Assembly: GCA_000146045.2 (NCBI GenBank)
Contig: BK006948.2
Span: 480,001-544,000 of the forward strand
DNA: 64,000 nucleotides
Direction: 5' to 3'
Origin: TPA_inf: Saccharomyces
Lineage: Eukaryota
This document shows, one piece after another, positions 51,128 to 62,700 of the stretch. Under the pieces are notes generated by a model. It was not told where the DNA came from. It worked only from the letters and a program-made list of their open reading frames with translations, and made no database searches. The position numbers and the translations under genes were made by a program. Position 1 is the stretch's first letter, and every line of letters begins with the position of its first letter.

Positions 51128-51507
51128 CCTTCGTTTAGGTTTTCTTTGGTGTTGCTCAGTTAACTATGTTAATCTTTGCAACACCAGAAGAATGAGTGGA
51201 ACGGATATTAAAGGCCACATTGGTGAATAGATACATGCGCTAAATAACACGGCTATTAACATTCTACGAGACAGTTTTTCGATTGATGGTAAAGAAAGTT
51301 TAAAGCAATACGCATTTTGAATTTCACGCTTTCGCGCACATCTTCTATTTTTTTCACCTTCAAAAAGGCCCTTTCTCTTTGTCTGTTTATATTATGATTA
51401 TATTAAATATAAGTATCTTAAAAACAATAATATCGTCAAGTTATTTAGTCGAGAGTTTGACACTGTTACTATCGTTGCTTTTATTGGTGAACAAGTATCT
51501 GTAAGTG

Positions 51508-53793
51508 ATGAATTTTTCCAGCATTTTCAAATCTATTTCGAATTTCCAGTTCCCATACACCATAGAGGAAACTGCAATCACTGAAACCGCCCTTTGGCAA
51601 TGTTTCGATGGTACAAGGAAGGCAGATTCCTTGCCAGTAACAGTTTTTAAGGCAAAAAGATCTCCAGAAAATGAATCTTTAATTTTAAATGCTGTACACA
51701 AGAGCAAAATTTTGAAGATTCCAGGACTTTGTACGGTGCTGGAGACATTTGATTCCGACCCCCAATCCACATTTATTGTTACCGAACGAGTAGTTCCATT
51801 TCCTTGGGATAATCTAGGCTCTTTATCTCAAAACAAATTTGGTGTTGAATTAGGAATATCACAATTATTGGCAACTTTAGGATTTTTAAAAAACTTTGTC
51901 CTTGGTACGCTTTCTAAAGATTCTGTTTTTATCAATATTAAGGGAGAGTGGGTACTATTTGGGCTAGAACTTTGTTCAAGCAAAGAAGGATTAAGTGCGT
52001 TTGAATTTGCCAGTAGAGCGAGGTCATATTACAACATAATTGGCTCACAGTTGCCCTGTGAAGATCCGAATACAATTGATTCAATGGGGTTAGGATTGTT
52101 GATAAAGAGCCTTATGGCTCCTTCTTGTCTGCCCAAAGATTGGATTGTCAATGTAAATATGATTTCAGATGGAAAGATAACAATCGAAAACTTCAGAAAA
52201 AGGCTAGAAAATACAGAAACTTGGCGTTCTAATCCTTTGATAAACTTTTATCAAGAATTGAGGGAGTTGCATATAAAGGACCCACAGGGAAAATTGGTTG
52301 TGATGTCAAACTTGGAAAATTTGTATTTAGAGTCAAGAGAGATTTTCCGTAATTTAACGCCTGGAATGATAGAAAATTTTATTATTCCAGAGCTTTGTGA
52401 AATTATAAAATTATTAATGACACAAAGCATCAGTAGTGCTGCCAGCCCTATAGGCATGAACTTCAACGCATCACATAAACTAGTACCATTCTTAGCGATT
52501 GTTTTAGACCTAACTTCTGAAACGAACACCTTTCCAGTTGGTTTCAACGACCTTATCACCCAAAGTTTTAAACTGCCAGATAGGCAAGTAAGATTTCTTT
52601 TACTAATATACCTACCCAAATTAATAGGTCCATTGAGCAAATCAGAGATCTCCAGTAGGATATATCCACATTTTATCCAAGGTCTGACCGACTCTGATGC
52701 CACTCTTAGATTACAAACACTGAAGACAATTCCATGCATTGTGTCATGTTTAACAGAGAGACAACTGAATAATGAGCTACTGAGGTTTCTCGCAAAAACA
52801 CAGGTTGATTCTGACGTTGAAATCCGAACATGGACAGTCATCATAATAAGTAAAATCTCAACCATATTATCAACGTCAGTTGGTAATCGCTCGAATATTT
52901 TAGCTACGGCGTTCACAAAATCTTTGAAAGATCCTCAAGTAAAACCAAGATTGGCTGCTCTTTATGGGCTTGAGAAGTCGATTGAGCTGTTTGATGTGAA
53001 CACAATCGCCAACAAAATTTTAACAGTCATTGCCCCTGGTTTATTAGATAAAAGTCCCATAGTAAGAGGCAGAGCCAAAATCCTGTTCGAAGAATATCTG
53101 GAAAAATTGGAAAAAGAAGCCCAACTTATTCAAACAAACGATAGTACTGCAGATTCGGAAGATGTGAAAGATATTGATTTTGAGAATTACGGTTGTGATG
53201 AAGAGGATATGAATAAAGAAGACAATTTGTTAGCCGCACAATTTTTAAATAATTTACGTTTAAATTCTCCCTCAGCAACAACACCAAGTAACATTACCGA
53301 GAGCGAAATTGATTCCGCCCAGGATGGAAGTGGATGGGACGACCTCAGCGATACCGATGGCTTTATTACAAATGGTACCACAGAATCCTTCGATGAAACA
53401 ACAAACCCTGTAACAACCGCAAGCACCCCAAAATTATTCGGAAAACCTATTAAAATTAATAAAAGTTGGAATGATGAGTTGAATGATGATGGCTGGATTC
53501 AAGATGAAAGCGGCCCATCAAAGGTGCCTCAAAAACACACAAGGCCACAAAATTCAACGTTGGCAAAATCCATCGCTCCTAGCTCAAGGCTTTCTATCAA
53601 GAAGAAGAAAACAACGATCCTAGCACCAAGAAACATTGCTAGTAACTCTACTGTTACCACCAAATCGTCACTGTCCAATAAAACTGCAAGAAGTAAGCCT
53701 ATAAGTAGTATCCGCGGCTCGGTAACCAAGAAAGGAAATGTTGACGGCTGGGATGATGATGGGGATTCAGACTCCTGGGATACGAATTGGTGA
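51508..53793 (+). CDS. CEX1: Cytoplasmic component of the tRNA nuclear export pathway (SCYL1-like pseudokinase + HEAT repeats)
   Basis: The track ORF starts at a GTG (51505). The first ATG, at 51508, gives 761 aa (MNFSSIFK...). It has a C-terminal acidic/Trp-rich tail (GWDDDGDSDSWDTNW) and matches Cex1 (YOR112W). Confidence 0.88.
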   Translation: MNFSSIFKSISNFQFPYTIEETAITETALWQCFDGTRKADSLPVTVFKAKRSPENESLILNAVHKSKILKIPGLCTVLETFDSDPQSTFIVTERVVPFPWDNLGSLSQNKFGVELGISQLLATLGFLKNFVLGTLSKDSVFINIKGEWVLFGLELCSSKEGLSAFEFASRARSYYNIIGSQLPCEDPNTIDSMGLGLLIKSLMAPSCLPKDWIVNVNMISDGKITIENFRKRLENTETWRSNPLINFYQELRELHIKDPQGKLVVMSNLENLYLESREIFRNLTPGMIENFIIPELCEIIKLLMTQSISSAASPIGMNFNASHKLVPFLAIVLDLTSETNTFPVGFNDLITQSFKLPDRQVRFLLLIYLPKLIGPLSKSEISSRIYPHFIQGLTDSDATLRLQTLKTIPCIVSCLTERQLNNELLRFLAKTQVDSDVEIRTWTVIIISKISTILSTSVGNRSNILATAFTKSLKDPQVKPRLAALYGLEKSIELFDVNTIANKILTVIAPGLLDKSPIVRGRAKILFEEYLEKLEKEAQLIQTNDSTADSEDVKDIDFENYGCDEEDMNKEDNLLAAQFLNNLRLNSPSATTPSNITESEIDSAQDGSGWDDLSDTDGFITNGTTESFDETTNPVTTASTPKLFGKPIKINKSWNDELNDDGWIQDESGPSKVPQKHTRPQNSTLAKSIAPSSRLSIKKKKTTILAPRNIASNSTVTTKSSLSNKTARSKPISSIRGSVTKKGNVDGWDDDGDSDSWDTNW

Positions 53794-54074
53794 TCCCAAG
53801 ACTTATATAGCCCTACGTATTGTAGAAGGATATATTCAGTGTTAATCGTTATTTAGAAACATTACGCCCGTGCCCCGCGATTTCGCTTCTTTGAGAAGTG
53901 GAGGAAAAGAAGGGTCCCTTTAATTCCAGTAGAAATGAAGCATAAGCAAGAAGAGTCATCAGAAAAGGGAACCTTGTAGTACTATAGATGGTCCCACAGA
54001 GAAATTAATTGGGACAAAAACAGCTACACAAGCGATATACTTCAAAAGATTCAGATATTGAAAAATTACCAGCC

Positions 54075-56819
54075 ATGCCTCCTCCAACTGCACAGTTCAT
54101 GGGCCCTACGCAGGCGGGACAAAATGAAAGCCAAAATCAATCATCAGGCGAAGCTGGGGAGCAAAACCAGGAGCATGGGCAAGGCCCTACTCCTATTCTT
54201 AATCAAAGTCAACCGGCTTCTTCTCAACCGCAACATCAACAACAAAGGAATGAGTCGATTTCATATTATACAAATTTCAACCAGCCACGATATTCCACGG
54301 ACGCCTCTATCAACTCATTCTTGAACATATCTGATAACGTACCAGTAACAAGTACAGGAGGACCTAGTTCTGGCGGCGCCTATTCCAATCTTCCACGATT
54401 ATCCACTTCAAGTACACATCAACCGCCAGACCTGTCGCAAATCGGACGCGGCTTTTCCATTGTAAACAACCTCTTCCCACAACAACAGCAGCTTCAAAAT
54501 CAGCATCGGCAACAGCAGCAACAACAACAACAGCAGTCGCACCAGCAGCCTCCCTTCAAGACCCCTTCATTTTCGACGGGATTAACGGGAAGTTCTTCTC
54601 AATATCAATTTTTACCAAGAAATGATAATACTTCGCAGCCACCTTCAAAAAGAAACTCTGTTTATCTTGGACCTAATGATGGGCCTGATTTTGAATTTTT
54701 CAGTATGCAGCAGTCACAGCAACCGCAGTTCCAGCCTAGCAGTAGAAGAGAATCAAACTCTATGAGACCTCCACTGTTAATACCTGCAGCAACTACTAAA
54801 AGCCAGTCCAATGGCACCAATAATAGTGGGAATATGAACACAAATGCAGATTATGAATCATTTTTTAATACTGGTACAAACAACAGTAATTCTAATCAGA
54901 ACCCGTACTTTTTGAGTTCAAGAAATAATTCTTTGAAGTTTAATCCTGAAGATTTCGATTTTCAATTCAAAAGGCGGAATTCTTTTGTTAGAGGTACTTT
55001 GGACCATAGCAGCCAAAATGCGTTTATACCTGAATCAAGATTAAACTCACTATCCGTTAACAACAAAGCTAATGGTGATCCTGTCGCGGATAATGTTACC
55101 AATAACATGAAAGGAAAAAGTAATGAAGTTGACAATGATGATGGCAATGACAGTAGCAATAACAATAACAACAACAACAACAACAACAACAATGAAAACA
55201 ACAATGACAACAATAATGATAATAACGACAATAGTATTAATTCCGCCACCAGTACTAATATCCCAAACCAAGAGGACCATAGCCTTGCTTCTACCGATAC
55301 CACAAGCAATAGTAGGAAAGATCTAAAAGAAATAGAACAAAGACTTCGAAAACATTTGAATGATGAGGATAATTACTCTAGTGCTATATCAAGACCATTG
55401 GATAAAAACGACGTAATTGAAGGCAGTGAGGGATTGAACAAACATATAGACGAGTCTGGTATGCAACCTAATATTATCAAGAAAAGGAAAAAGGATGATT
55501 CTACTGTGTACGTCAAGAATGAGATGCCCCGTACTGATCCCCCGATGAGTAAAGACAATTCTACTTCTGCTGAAGGAGCAGCAATGGCAAACTTTTCTGG
55601 TAAAGAACCTCCTATACCTGACATAAGTTCAGTAAGTGATGATGCTACTAACCTGATAGGTGCAACAAAGGTCGACCAACTAATGTTGATTATTCAAGCA
55701 AGAAAGAAAGGTTTCACGGAGAAAGTAAATACCACTCAAGATGGAGACTTACTGTTTAACCAAACGATGGACATTTTACCACCTAAAAGCGAACTAGTAG
55801 GTGGTGTGGAGAAACCAAAAGGCACACAAAATACACGAGCAGTTAAAAAACATGAATGTCCCTATTGTCATCGGCTTTTTTCGCAAGCGACTCATCTGGA
55901 GGTTCACGTTCGTTCTCATATAGGGTACAAACCATTCGTTTGTGATTATTGTGGCAAACGTTTTACTCAGGGTGGGAACTTAAGAACTCATGAACGACTA
56001 CACACAGGTGAAAAACCGTATTCATGTGATATTTGTGATAAAAAATTTTCTAGGAAAGGGAACTTAGCTGCTCACTTGGTTACTCACCAAAAATTGAAAC
56101 CATTTGTTTGCAAGCTTGAAAACTGCAACAAGACCTTCACTCAACTAGGAAATATGAAGGCCCATCAAAATAGATTTCATAAGGAAACATTAAATGCCTT
56201 AACGGCAAAATTAGCTGAGATGAATCCATCTGAGAATATTCCACTTGAAGAGCGGCAACTTTTGGAGTACTTTGCGTCCATTTATAAAAATTCAAACAGG
56301 GGAATTAAAGGTAGAGGAAAAGGTGTAGGAACCAAAAAATCAACAATTTCCTCACCAGAAAACCATCCTGCGAGCACAATTTTGAATCCAAATACAAATG
56401 CAAATAATGCTATTGCTAATGATTCTGAAAATAACGGCAACCCTGAAGGTAACATTGACAGCAGTAGTAACAGCAATCCGGGCTCACATAGTATGATTTC
56501 GCCGACGCAAAAAGACATGGGTACGTTGCAATCACAATTTATCCAAAATAATTTTAACAATTCTGTGAACAGTTCGAATCCGTCCAACCAACCAATCATA
56601 AACTACAATTACACCACACTTCCTCATTCTAGATTAGGAAGTAGTAGTTCCAGCAATACCAACAATAATAACAGCAACTTTTCGGTAGGTGCAGCTCCGG
56701 GTGTATTAATGGCGCCAACCACCAATAATGACTTCAGTTTCAACTTGGATCAATCTAATGATAATGAAAGATCTCAACAAGAACAAGTGAGATTTAAGAA
56801 CATTAATTACAAAAGCTAG
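54075..56819 (+). CDS. AZF1: Asparagine- and glutamine-rich C2H2 zinc-finger transcription factor
   Basis: ATG at 54075 (MPPPTAQFMGPTQ...) gives 914 aa. The track ORF begins 22 codons upstream at 54009. It has a polyQ tract (QQQQQQQQQ), a polyN tract (N12) and four tandem C2H2 fingers (CPYCHRLF...H, CDYCGKRF...H, CDICDKKF...H, CKLENCNKTF...H). It matches Azf1 (YOR113W). Confidence 0.9.
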   Translation: MPPPTAQFMGPTQAGQNESQNQSSGEAGEQNQEHGQGPTPILNQSQPASSQPQHQQQRNESISYYTNFNQPRYSTDASINSFLNISDNVPVTSTGGPSSGGAYSNLPRLSTSSTHQPPDLSQIGRGFSIVNNLFPQQQQLQNQHRQQQQQQQQQSHQQPPFKTPSFSTGLTGSSSQYQFLPRNDNTSQPPSKRNSVYLGPNDGPDFEFFSMQQSQQPQFQPSSRRESNSMRPPLLIPAATTKSQSNGTNNSGNMNTNADYESFFNTGTNNSNSNQNPYFLSSRNNSLKFNPEDFDFQFKRRNSFVRGTLDHSSQNAFIPESRLNSLSVNNKANGDPVADNVTNNMKGKSNEVDNDDGNDSSNNNNNNNNNNNNENNNDNNNDNNDNSINSATSTNIPNQEDHSLASTDTTSNSRKDLKEIEQRLRKHLNDEDNYSSAISRPLDKNDVIEGSEGLNKHIDESGMQPNIIKKRKKDDSTVYVKNEMPRTDPPMSKDNSTSAEGAAMANFSGKEPPIPDISSVSDDATNLIGATKVDQLMLIIQARKKGFTEKVNTTQDGDLLFNQTMDILPPKSELVGGVEKPKGTQNTRAVKKHECPYCHRLFSQATHLEVHVRSHIGYKPFVCDYCGKRFTQGGNLRTHERLHTGEKPYSCDICDKKFSRKGNLAAHLVTHQKLKPFVCKLENCNKTFTQLGNMKAHQNRFHKETLNALTAKLAEMNPSENIPLEERQLLEYFASIYKNSNRGIKGRGKGVGTKKSTISSPENHPASTILNPNTNANNAIANDSENNGNPEGNIDSSSNSNPGSHSMISPTQKDMGTLQSQFIQNNFNNSVNSSNPSNQPIINYNYTTLPHSRLGSSSSSNTNNNNSNFSVGAAPGVLMAPTTNNDFSFNLDQSNDNERSQQEQVRFKNINYKS
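54510..54536 (+). repeat. AZF1: (CAA/CAG)9 trinucleotide repeat encoding polyQ in AZF1
   Basis: The sequence is CAACAGCAGCAACAACAACAACAGCAG. The repeat is interrupted, which stabilises the tract. Confidence 0.9.
55158..55193 (+). repeat. AZF1: (AAC/AAT)12 trinucleotide repeat encoding polyN in AZF1
   Basis: The sequence is AATAACAATAACAACAACAACAACAACAACAACAAT, followed by further N/D-rich codons. Confidence 0.9.
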
Positions 56820-57049
56820 CAGGCCTTAGAGGCACTACCTTTTTTTTTTTTTCGAGTTTCTACACCGTAGTATCTGATTTCATAGTGGTATTCGTCAAAC
56901 TTAACCCACAAGTGTCACTTTTCCTTTCTTTTTTTCTTTTTCTTGAAGAACTGCATGGTTTTCTAGCTCTTTTTCACTTTTTTGAGGTTTTATTTATCTT
57001 GTATTCTTTTTTTCTATTATTTTAAAGGTTCAATTTCTATCGACGGTTT

Positions 57050-57056
<7 letters not shown>

Positions 57057-57080
<24 letters not shown>
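57057..57080. repeat. (TA)12 dinucleotide microsatellite
   Basis: TATATATATATATATATATATATA is followed by TGTATATAAT. It lies in the AZF1 3' / YOR114W 5' intergenic region, amid long T-runs (57230-57275). Confidence 0.9.
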
Positions 57081-57088
<8 letters not shown>

Positions 57089-57569
57089 ATGAATGTGTAA
57101 TATTCCAAGTATACGTACCTTGGGTTTATATTTTTTAACTTGTATATTCTTTTACGATAAAATTTCTTCCAATTAACATCCCAGGCCTTGCTTCAATTTA
57201 TCAATTGGTATATTAACTTTCAACACATTTTGTTTTTGTTTTTATTTTTGTTTTTTTTATTTTTTTTTTTTTTTCGCGTTTCGTGCTTTAATGAAACATG
57301 TGAAGTGTTTCGCAATGACTAAGTAGCCTCCACAGATGATCAGCAGGTATTGTACTTTATCACACCAGTTATACTACCTTCTGTGTTATTGATCTATTGC
57401 AGTTTTATAGAGTGATCTGTCCAAAGATTCTTTTCAAGAATCACCATTTTTCTAATTAAATTATCTTGGATATCTCCCGGACGTACCCCTTGAGGCCTAT
57501 CAAACCCTTTTGGCTGATCTGATCATAAAGGACCTAACAACATTACCACAGAAACCATAAAACATTCGA

Positions 57570-58454
57570 ATGAAGGCTACTTTACTGTTGAAGGCCCAGC
57601 TCTCACCTGTTAGCTATACGACGAAGAAATCTTTCCAAAGGCAACTCAATCGCACTCCATACACTGCTTTTCAATACTTCTTCCAACTTGAAGTCCAAAA
57701 GTTACATAACGTCTCGAAGTATGAGGATATTATAAATCACGTAAGAGGGAATAGCAATTTTAAAAGATTTGCAAGGAATGAATGGGATAGCATGTCATTG
57801 ACTAAGAAAAGACTTTACTATGCATCCTTTTGCCAGTCAATGGATATTGACATTTTGAATGTCAGTAAAATTGAACTTGCCAAAAGATTAGAAATTCCCA
57901 TACCAGCAATGAGTGAATATTTGTTATTTAGAAATAAGTTCAAGGTAAAATTTGACTCTCATTGCAGCTCCTTGGAGCGTAAAGATCGTAAAAGTGTTCC
58001 ACGACCCTCTATTACTAGGAAGGTTGCAACTACAGAAATATGTTCAAAAAGCCGTAGCAACACACCCGTCGGTAAAATCAACCCCCGGAAACGATTAGTG
58101 GCATTGAAAAGGATTTCCCGTTCAGAGAACACTGCAAAAAATCATTCCCATGAGGCTCAAAATTACCTTTATGATTATATGAAAAGGTTTCAACAAATGT
58201 GCAAAGAATGCCGGTATGCTTGGAACGAAGAGGTTGACTATGACCAGAAACTAGAAATTAGAAAAAAATTACAGGTATGGAGGGCAAAATTTGAGGAAAT
58301 GATGGATAACGAGATACAAATATTACAAAAAAACATGGATATCATGTCAAAGTTTGGTCTCAGAAGTGAGTCCTATCTTACAGCAGCGAATCACGATACA
58401 AATACACAACCAAATAATATTCTTCCCATGACGTACCTACTAAAAAAGAAATGA
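57570..58454 (+). CDS. YOR114W: Uncharacterised protein
   Basis: 294-aa ATG-initiated ORF. It is Lys/Arg-rich and predicted to be largely helical, with no motif I can assign. It matches the uncharacterised ORF YOR114W as recalled. Confidence 0.7.
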   Translation: MKATLLLKAQLSPVSYTTKKSFQRQLNRTPYTAFQYFFQLEVQKLHNVSKYEDIINHVRGNSNFKRFARNEWDSMSLTKKRLYYASFCQSMDIDILNVSKIELAKRLEIPIPAMSEYLLFRNKFKVKFDSHCSSLERKDRKSVPRPSITRKVATTEICSKSRSNTPVGKINPRKRLVALKRISRSENTAKNHSHEAQNYLYDYMKRFQQMCKECRYAWNEEVDYDQKLEIRKKLQVWRAKFEEMMDNEIQILQKNMDIMSKFGLRSESYLTAANHDTNTQPNNILPMTYLLKKK

Positions 58455-58658
58455 CAATAGACTTTTAGGGCTTTAAGAAGAGTCCACGAAAGCACTTCAC
58501 TATCATAAAGACTATATGTACCTTGATCAAAGAAATTATTGTCAAGATTTTATAGTAAGGGTATTATTTTGAAAACGGAGTCACCTGTTCTTTTATATAC
58601 ACACTTATATCTATCTATATGTCGATGTACATTCTTAGAACAAAAATCTGTCGGACCT

Positions 58659-59465
58659 TTACTGCGGCATTGTGACTTGAACATGGAAGCTAACTCCCTT
58701 GGGAAAAGCTGTTTTAGGCCTATCTGTTGGCCTGTCGATAAAAGACGCCAAGCAAATGACCTCTTCAGATGAATAACCTAAGGAAGACAACACGCCTCTA
58801 ATAATTCCCACAGGTATCTCCAAAAACGGTTCTATCATTTTTAACTCCTCGTTTTTTGCATCTTCCTCCAAAGAAAATGATTGAATAGGTCGATAGTCAT
58901 AATCAAGAAGGTAAAAGGTTCCTCTGTGGTTTGTTTTTAAATTATCGATCTGTTTACCAAATATTTGTTTCCAGACATCCCTACAAATGAACTTCATTAT
59001 TAATAGAAGGTCCATTTCCTTGAATTTTAAATTTGGGTTGTTAGAAAATATCAATAACTCTGACAGCTTCAATCCGATTTGAAACCCAATATTCCTCAGT
59101 CTTGCTAAAACCTTTTCTTTTTCCTCTTCATCCGCCTTATACAGCTCATGTATCAAGTTATGAGAACGTATGATATCTACTGTATGATGTTCCTCTATCT
59201 TCAGTCTCTTTATCATATTGTTGATGTTACCATTTTCGGAAGTTACATTGCTATCAGAACTGATAACATCGCCTGATATTTGCCTCTCAATGCCCATAGC
59301 TAGAGGAACCATCTCGTTCAACAGCATCTGATACACAGATTGACTTACTTTTGGTAATGAATTCTCAAAAATTTGATATTGCTGTTGTGCTCTTTGTTGT
59401 TCCGTTAGTGGACCTTGTGGAGAAGATTGGGGATGTCCTACATTATTACTATGTGTAGAGGACAT
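58659..59465 (-). CDS. TRS33: TRAPP complex subunit (Bet3-fold)
   Basis: 268-aa ORF. Its C-terminal Bet3-like region matches Trs33 (YOR115C). Confidence 0.85.
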
Positions 59466-59762
59466 AATTGTTTATCTTCCAACTTTATAACCGGTGTATG
59501 TTTTCTTTTATGGCATGAGGTCTTCACTCTCAGCTTGTGAGTGCATACCAGATTCCAAAATATTTAGCATTTTTGGTCTCAAAACGTTGACGCGAGTTTT
59601 TGAAAACGATACGCTGGTTCTACTAATGTGAAGAAAGCAAATTTCTTATAAGTAAATTTTGTTTCATGGTTTTTATCATGTAGTTTTATATGTATAAATA
59701 CGTTAAATGACTGTGGTAGAAAAATAATACAAATGCTATAAAAAAGTTTAAAAACGACTACT

Positions 59763-62700
59763 TTAGTTCGCTTTTAAAGCTGCCTCATTTGAGAGACTTT
59801 CAAATAGACATCGCTTAGGAACCAGATCCTTTTCAGATATATTAGTACCTTTAACAACTTTAAAGGAACCGGTACCGATCGACATCGTTTGACCCAAAAT
59901 AATACATTCAGAAACACCTTCAACAGCGTCCTTTTTCATATAAAAGGCCGCATCGAATAAATGGTCAGTTGTCTTTTCGAAGGAGGCTAGCTGCAAAACA
60001 GAGTCCCTCATTTTACTCAAACCAAATCTTGTAATACCCAACACTTCACCCTTATATGTCATCACATCACCTAATAGTTGGATATGACGTGGATCGACAC
60101 TCATACCGTGATTACTCATGGTATAGTTAATTTCTCTAATAATGCTATATCTTGCAGCTTCGATACCCAAAACGGAAAAGACTTCTAAAACATGGTTAGT
60201 TGTAGTTCTAGAACCAATGACACCATCTGTACACATCACATCTCGCAGGCCGTAACCTTCAACCAATAATTCCCTCTTGCCGTCATCGCGAATATTAATA
60301 ACCGCACGAGAAATATCAGGTAAACCTTTAACAACAACATCAGGAAGCGCACGACGTAACTGTTGCATTCGGTAAAAAACATCATTCTCACTTGGTTCTT
60401 TCGCAGATGTAGATATCGATTTTGCTTTGTACCCTTCTGGGAATACGTTGATTGCAATTCGATCTTTACCAATAATATTGACATCAGAGGCTTGTATTTT
60501 CAATTTAGAAGCCCTGGTTATAGCAACCGCGATATCTTCTATGGTCAACTCCAATTGTAGTTTATCAATCGTACCTAAATCAATACGCACTTGAATGAAA
60601 GACAAGTTGTCTTTGTAAACATCTTGGACATAGAAAGCTACGTCAGATAGCAGTGTCTTTTCCACTCTACCTTTAACAACCCTAGCAGCCCTTTCATCGT
60701 TATCATTTACTAATACAGCATTTATAATAGGTGTAGAAATGACCTTGGAAGCATTGATAATTTCTTTGATACGAGGAACACCTAATGTAACATTCATGGA
60801 AGCCACACCTGCAAAATGAAAGGTCTTCAATGTCATTTGTGTACCTGGTTCACCAATGGATTGAGCACCAATAGCACCAATAGCAGTACCTGGCTCCAGT
60901 CTTGCCTTACGATATTTGAAAAGAGCAATTTCTAAAAACTTTCTCACCGATTTTTCACTGATTCTATAAAGTTGGCTTACAGATGTTTTAACATTATCAG
61001 GAACGGTTTCATCTGGATCAATACCTTGTAATTCTTTTGCAGGAGGTTCTAATAGGCCTAACATTCCCCTGGACTTTCTTAAATTAGCCAAAGCAGTTGC
61101 TTTGCCATTAATATATTCTCTTAAGGAATGGTAAAAATCTCTCTCGGCATCATACTGATCCACATATTCCGCTTTATTCAAGTCTTCCCTTTTCACTAAA
61201 CATCCACTATTATCATATCTGACCAACCTTTCCTCCAATGGTCCTAATATTTCGTTTGCAGTTTCCATAATTGCATAGGGTAGTAAGCCCTTATCTTGGT
61301 TATTAAAAGTAATATTGTATGCATGGTCCCAACTTCTATTGAAATTGACCGGTTGTGCATTACCTTCCATTTCCAGAGGATCCAACCCGTCACCACCATA
61401 TGTGAATTGGACGATACCGTTGGCTGAAGTTCTGACCGTATTGTCATACTGACAAGAAAGATCTTCTAAAGACTTCATTAATCTACGAGACATGTAACCA
61501 GTCTCTGCGGTTTTAACAGCTGTGTCAACTAAACCTTCACGACCCGAAATAGCATGGAACAGAAATTCTGGGGGAGATAAGCCTGAAAAGAAAGAATTTC
61601 TTACAAAACCTTTGGATTGGGGTGTTTTCGAATTCTTGGGGAAATGCGGTAACGAACGATCTTGAAAACCATCCGGAACACGATTACCAGAAATAATTTG
61701 TTGACCAACGACAGCCACCATCTGTGAAACATTTAATGTGGAACCTTTAGAACCACAAGTAGCCATAATTAATGGTGCATTCCAATTATCTAATTCATTA
61801 ATACAAACATCACCAACTTCTTCTCTGACTTTAGATAGAAGCCCACCAATCTTAGCTTCCAATGTTTGTTCTTCATTGCAACCAGGTTGTGTTTCTAATT
61901 CACCTTTATTGAATAATGTGATCAATTCGTCACACTTATGGTATGCAATTTCGACTAGTTCTTCCTTCTTTTGCTTCAAATCATCAGCAGGTGTGACATC
62001 ATTAATACCAATAGAAAACCCTCTATTACCTAAGAACCTAGCACATAGTTTTGCCATTCTATTCATAGCATTAGCGGCTTCTTGTGGGCCGTAATCTCTT
62101 AATATCGTATAAAACACAGAATGCTTCTTACCATCACCTAGAACAGACTTGTCCATCACCCCACTTAAAATTTGAGAGCCTCTAATAATTACAAACCCGT
62201 CGTTTTGTGACATTTCATTTGGTAGGGATTTTGATTTTGGAGGGACAAAGACTTTGTTCTTCGCGTCTAAGTTTATCACAACTGGGGAATTGTGATTTGG
62301 TTTTATCAAAAGTGAAAAAACTTGTTTACCGGTCCATAAGTAATACGGTTTCATGATAGCAGGAGGTGGTATGTCAAAGTGCTCGATACCGTCAGACATC
62401 ATAGACAATAGTTGAGTTAATGTAGCACGATCATAGAAAGAATCCTTATGTGATATTAAATATGAACCAGTTATGAAATCTTGAGTAGCCGCAATAATAG
62501 GTTCACCTGACTTAGGTGTTAATAAGTTATTTTTCACACCCATTAAATTGATAGCTTCTGCACGAGCCTCTTCGGTTTGTGGAACATGCAAATTCATTTC
62601 GTCACCGTCGAAGTCAGCGTTATAAGGTGTGCAAACACATTCATTTAATCTAAAGGTTCTCCAAGGACGAATCTTAGCATAATGCGATAAAATTGATAAT

